Source of the DNA: Mobula hypostoma
Taxonomy: Eukaryota
Direction of reading: 5' to 3'
DNA: 64,000 nt
NCBI RefSeq assembly: GCF_963921235.1
Contig: NC_086097.1
Coordinates: 26,848,001-26,912,000, forward strand
Positions within the stretch are counted from its first letter, which is position 1. Every line of letters begins with the position of its first letter. The translations under genes were made by a program, and so were the position numbers. The notes beneath the pieces are model-generated. The model saw nothing but the letters and a program-made list of their open reading frames with translations, had not been told where the DNA came from and ran no database searches. Positions 63,690-64,000 of the stretch are shown in pieces.

Positions 63690-64000
63690 TTAATATCTGT
63701 AGTCAGGAAAATGCTTGAAGCTGTCATTAAAGAAATAGCGAAACATTTAGAAAGGAGTGGTTCCATTAGACAGACGCAGCACGGATTCAGAAAGGGCAGG
63801 TCCTGTTTGACAAACTTACTGCAGTTCTTTGAGGACATAACGGGTGCAGTGGATAGAGGGGAACAGGTGGATGTCGTATACTTGGATTTCCAGAAGGCAT
63901 TCGATAAGGTGCTGCACAAGAGACTTACAAATAAGATACAGATGCATGGAATCCGAGGAAGTGTATTGGCATGGATAGTGAATTGGCTAACCAATAGAAG
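63690..64000 (+). mobile_element. CR1 LINE RT fragment running off the window
   Basis: QHGFRKGRSCLTNLLQFFE and VDVVYLDFQKAFDKVLH on the + strand. Confidence 0.85.

Overview
Eukaryotic, repeat-dense vertebrate DNA. The repeat mix of CR1, Rex/Babar, Penelope and V-SINE-like elements suggests a cartilaginous fish, probably a ray (inference). The + strand carries 11 consecutive GT-AG coding exons (816-62037) of tyrosyl-DNA phosphodiesterase 1 (TDP1). They splice in frame and keep both HKN catalytic motifs; the gene's start and end lie outside the window. The introns are almost entirely transposon-derived. Main points: (1) A full-length L1 (10630-16566, 14-bp TSD) has both ORFs open, but its 5'UTR+ORF1 block is inverted, so ORF1 and ORF2 point away from each other. 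A perfect 27-bp inverted duplication marks the breakpoint, as expected for twin priming. (2) A Penelope-like retroelement (RT + GIY-YIG, 15-bp TSD) carries a minimal hammerhead-ribozyme motif in its 3' region, and about 20 short, often palindromic, derivatives of that region are scattered through the window. (3) A Sleeping Beauty-like Tc1 element has two right-type IR/DR ends. (4) Nested hAT, Tigger and Harbinger derivatives are present, and a CR1 tail appears to supply the polypyrimidine tract of a TDP1 exon. Family names come from motif recognition and remembered consensus sequences, not database searches. Boundaries of old repeats are approximate.
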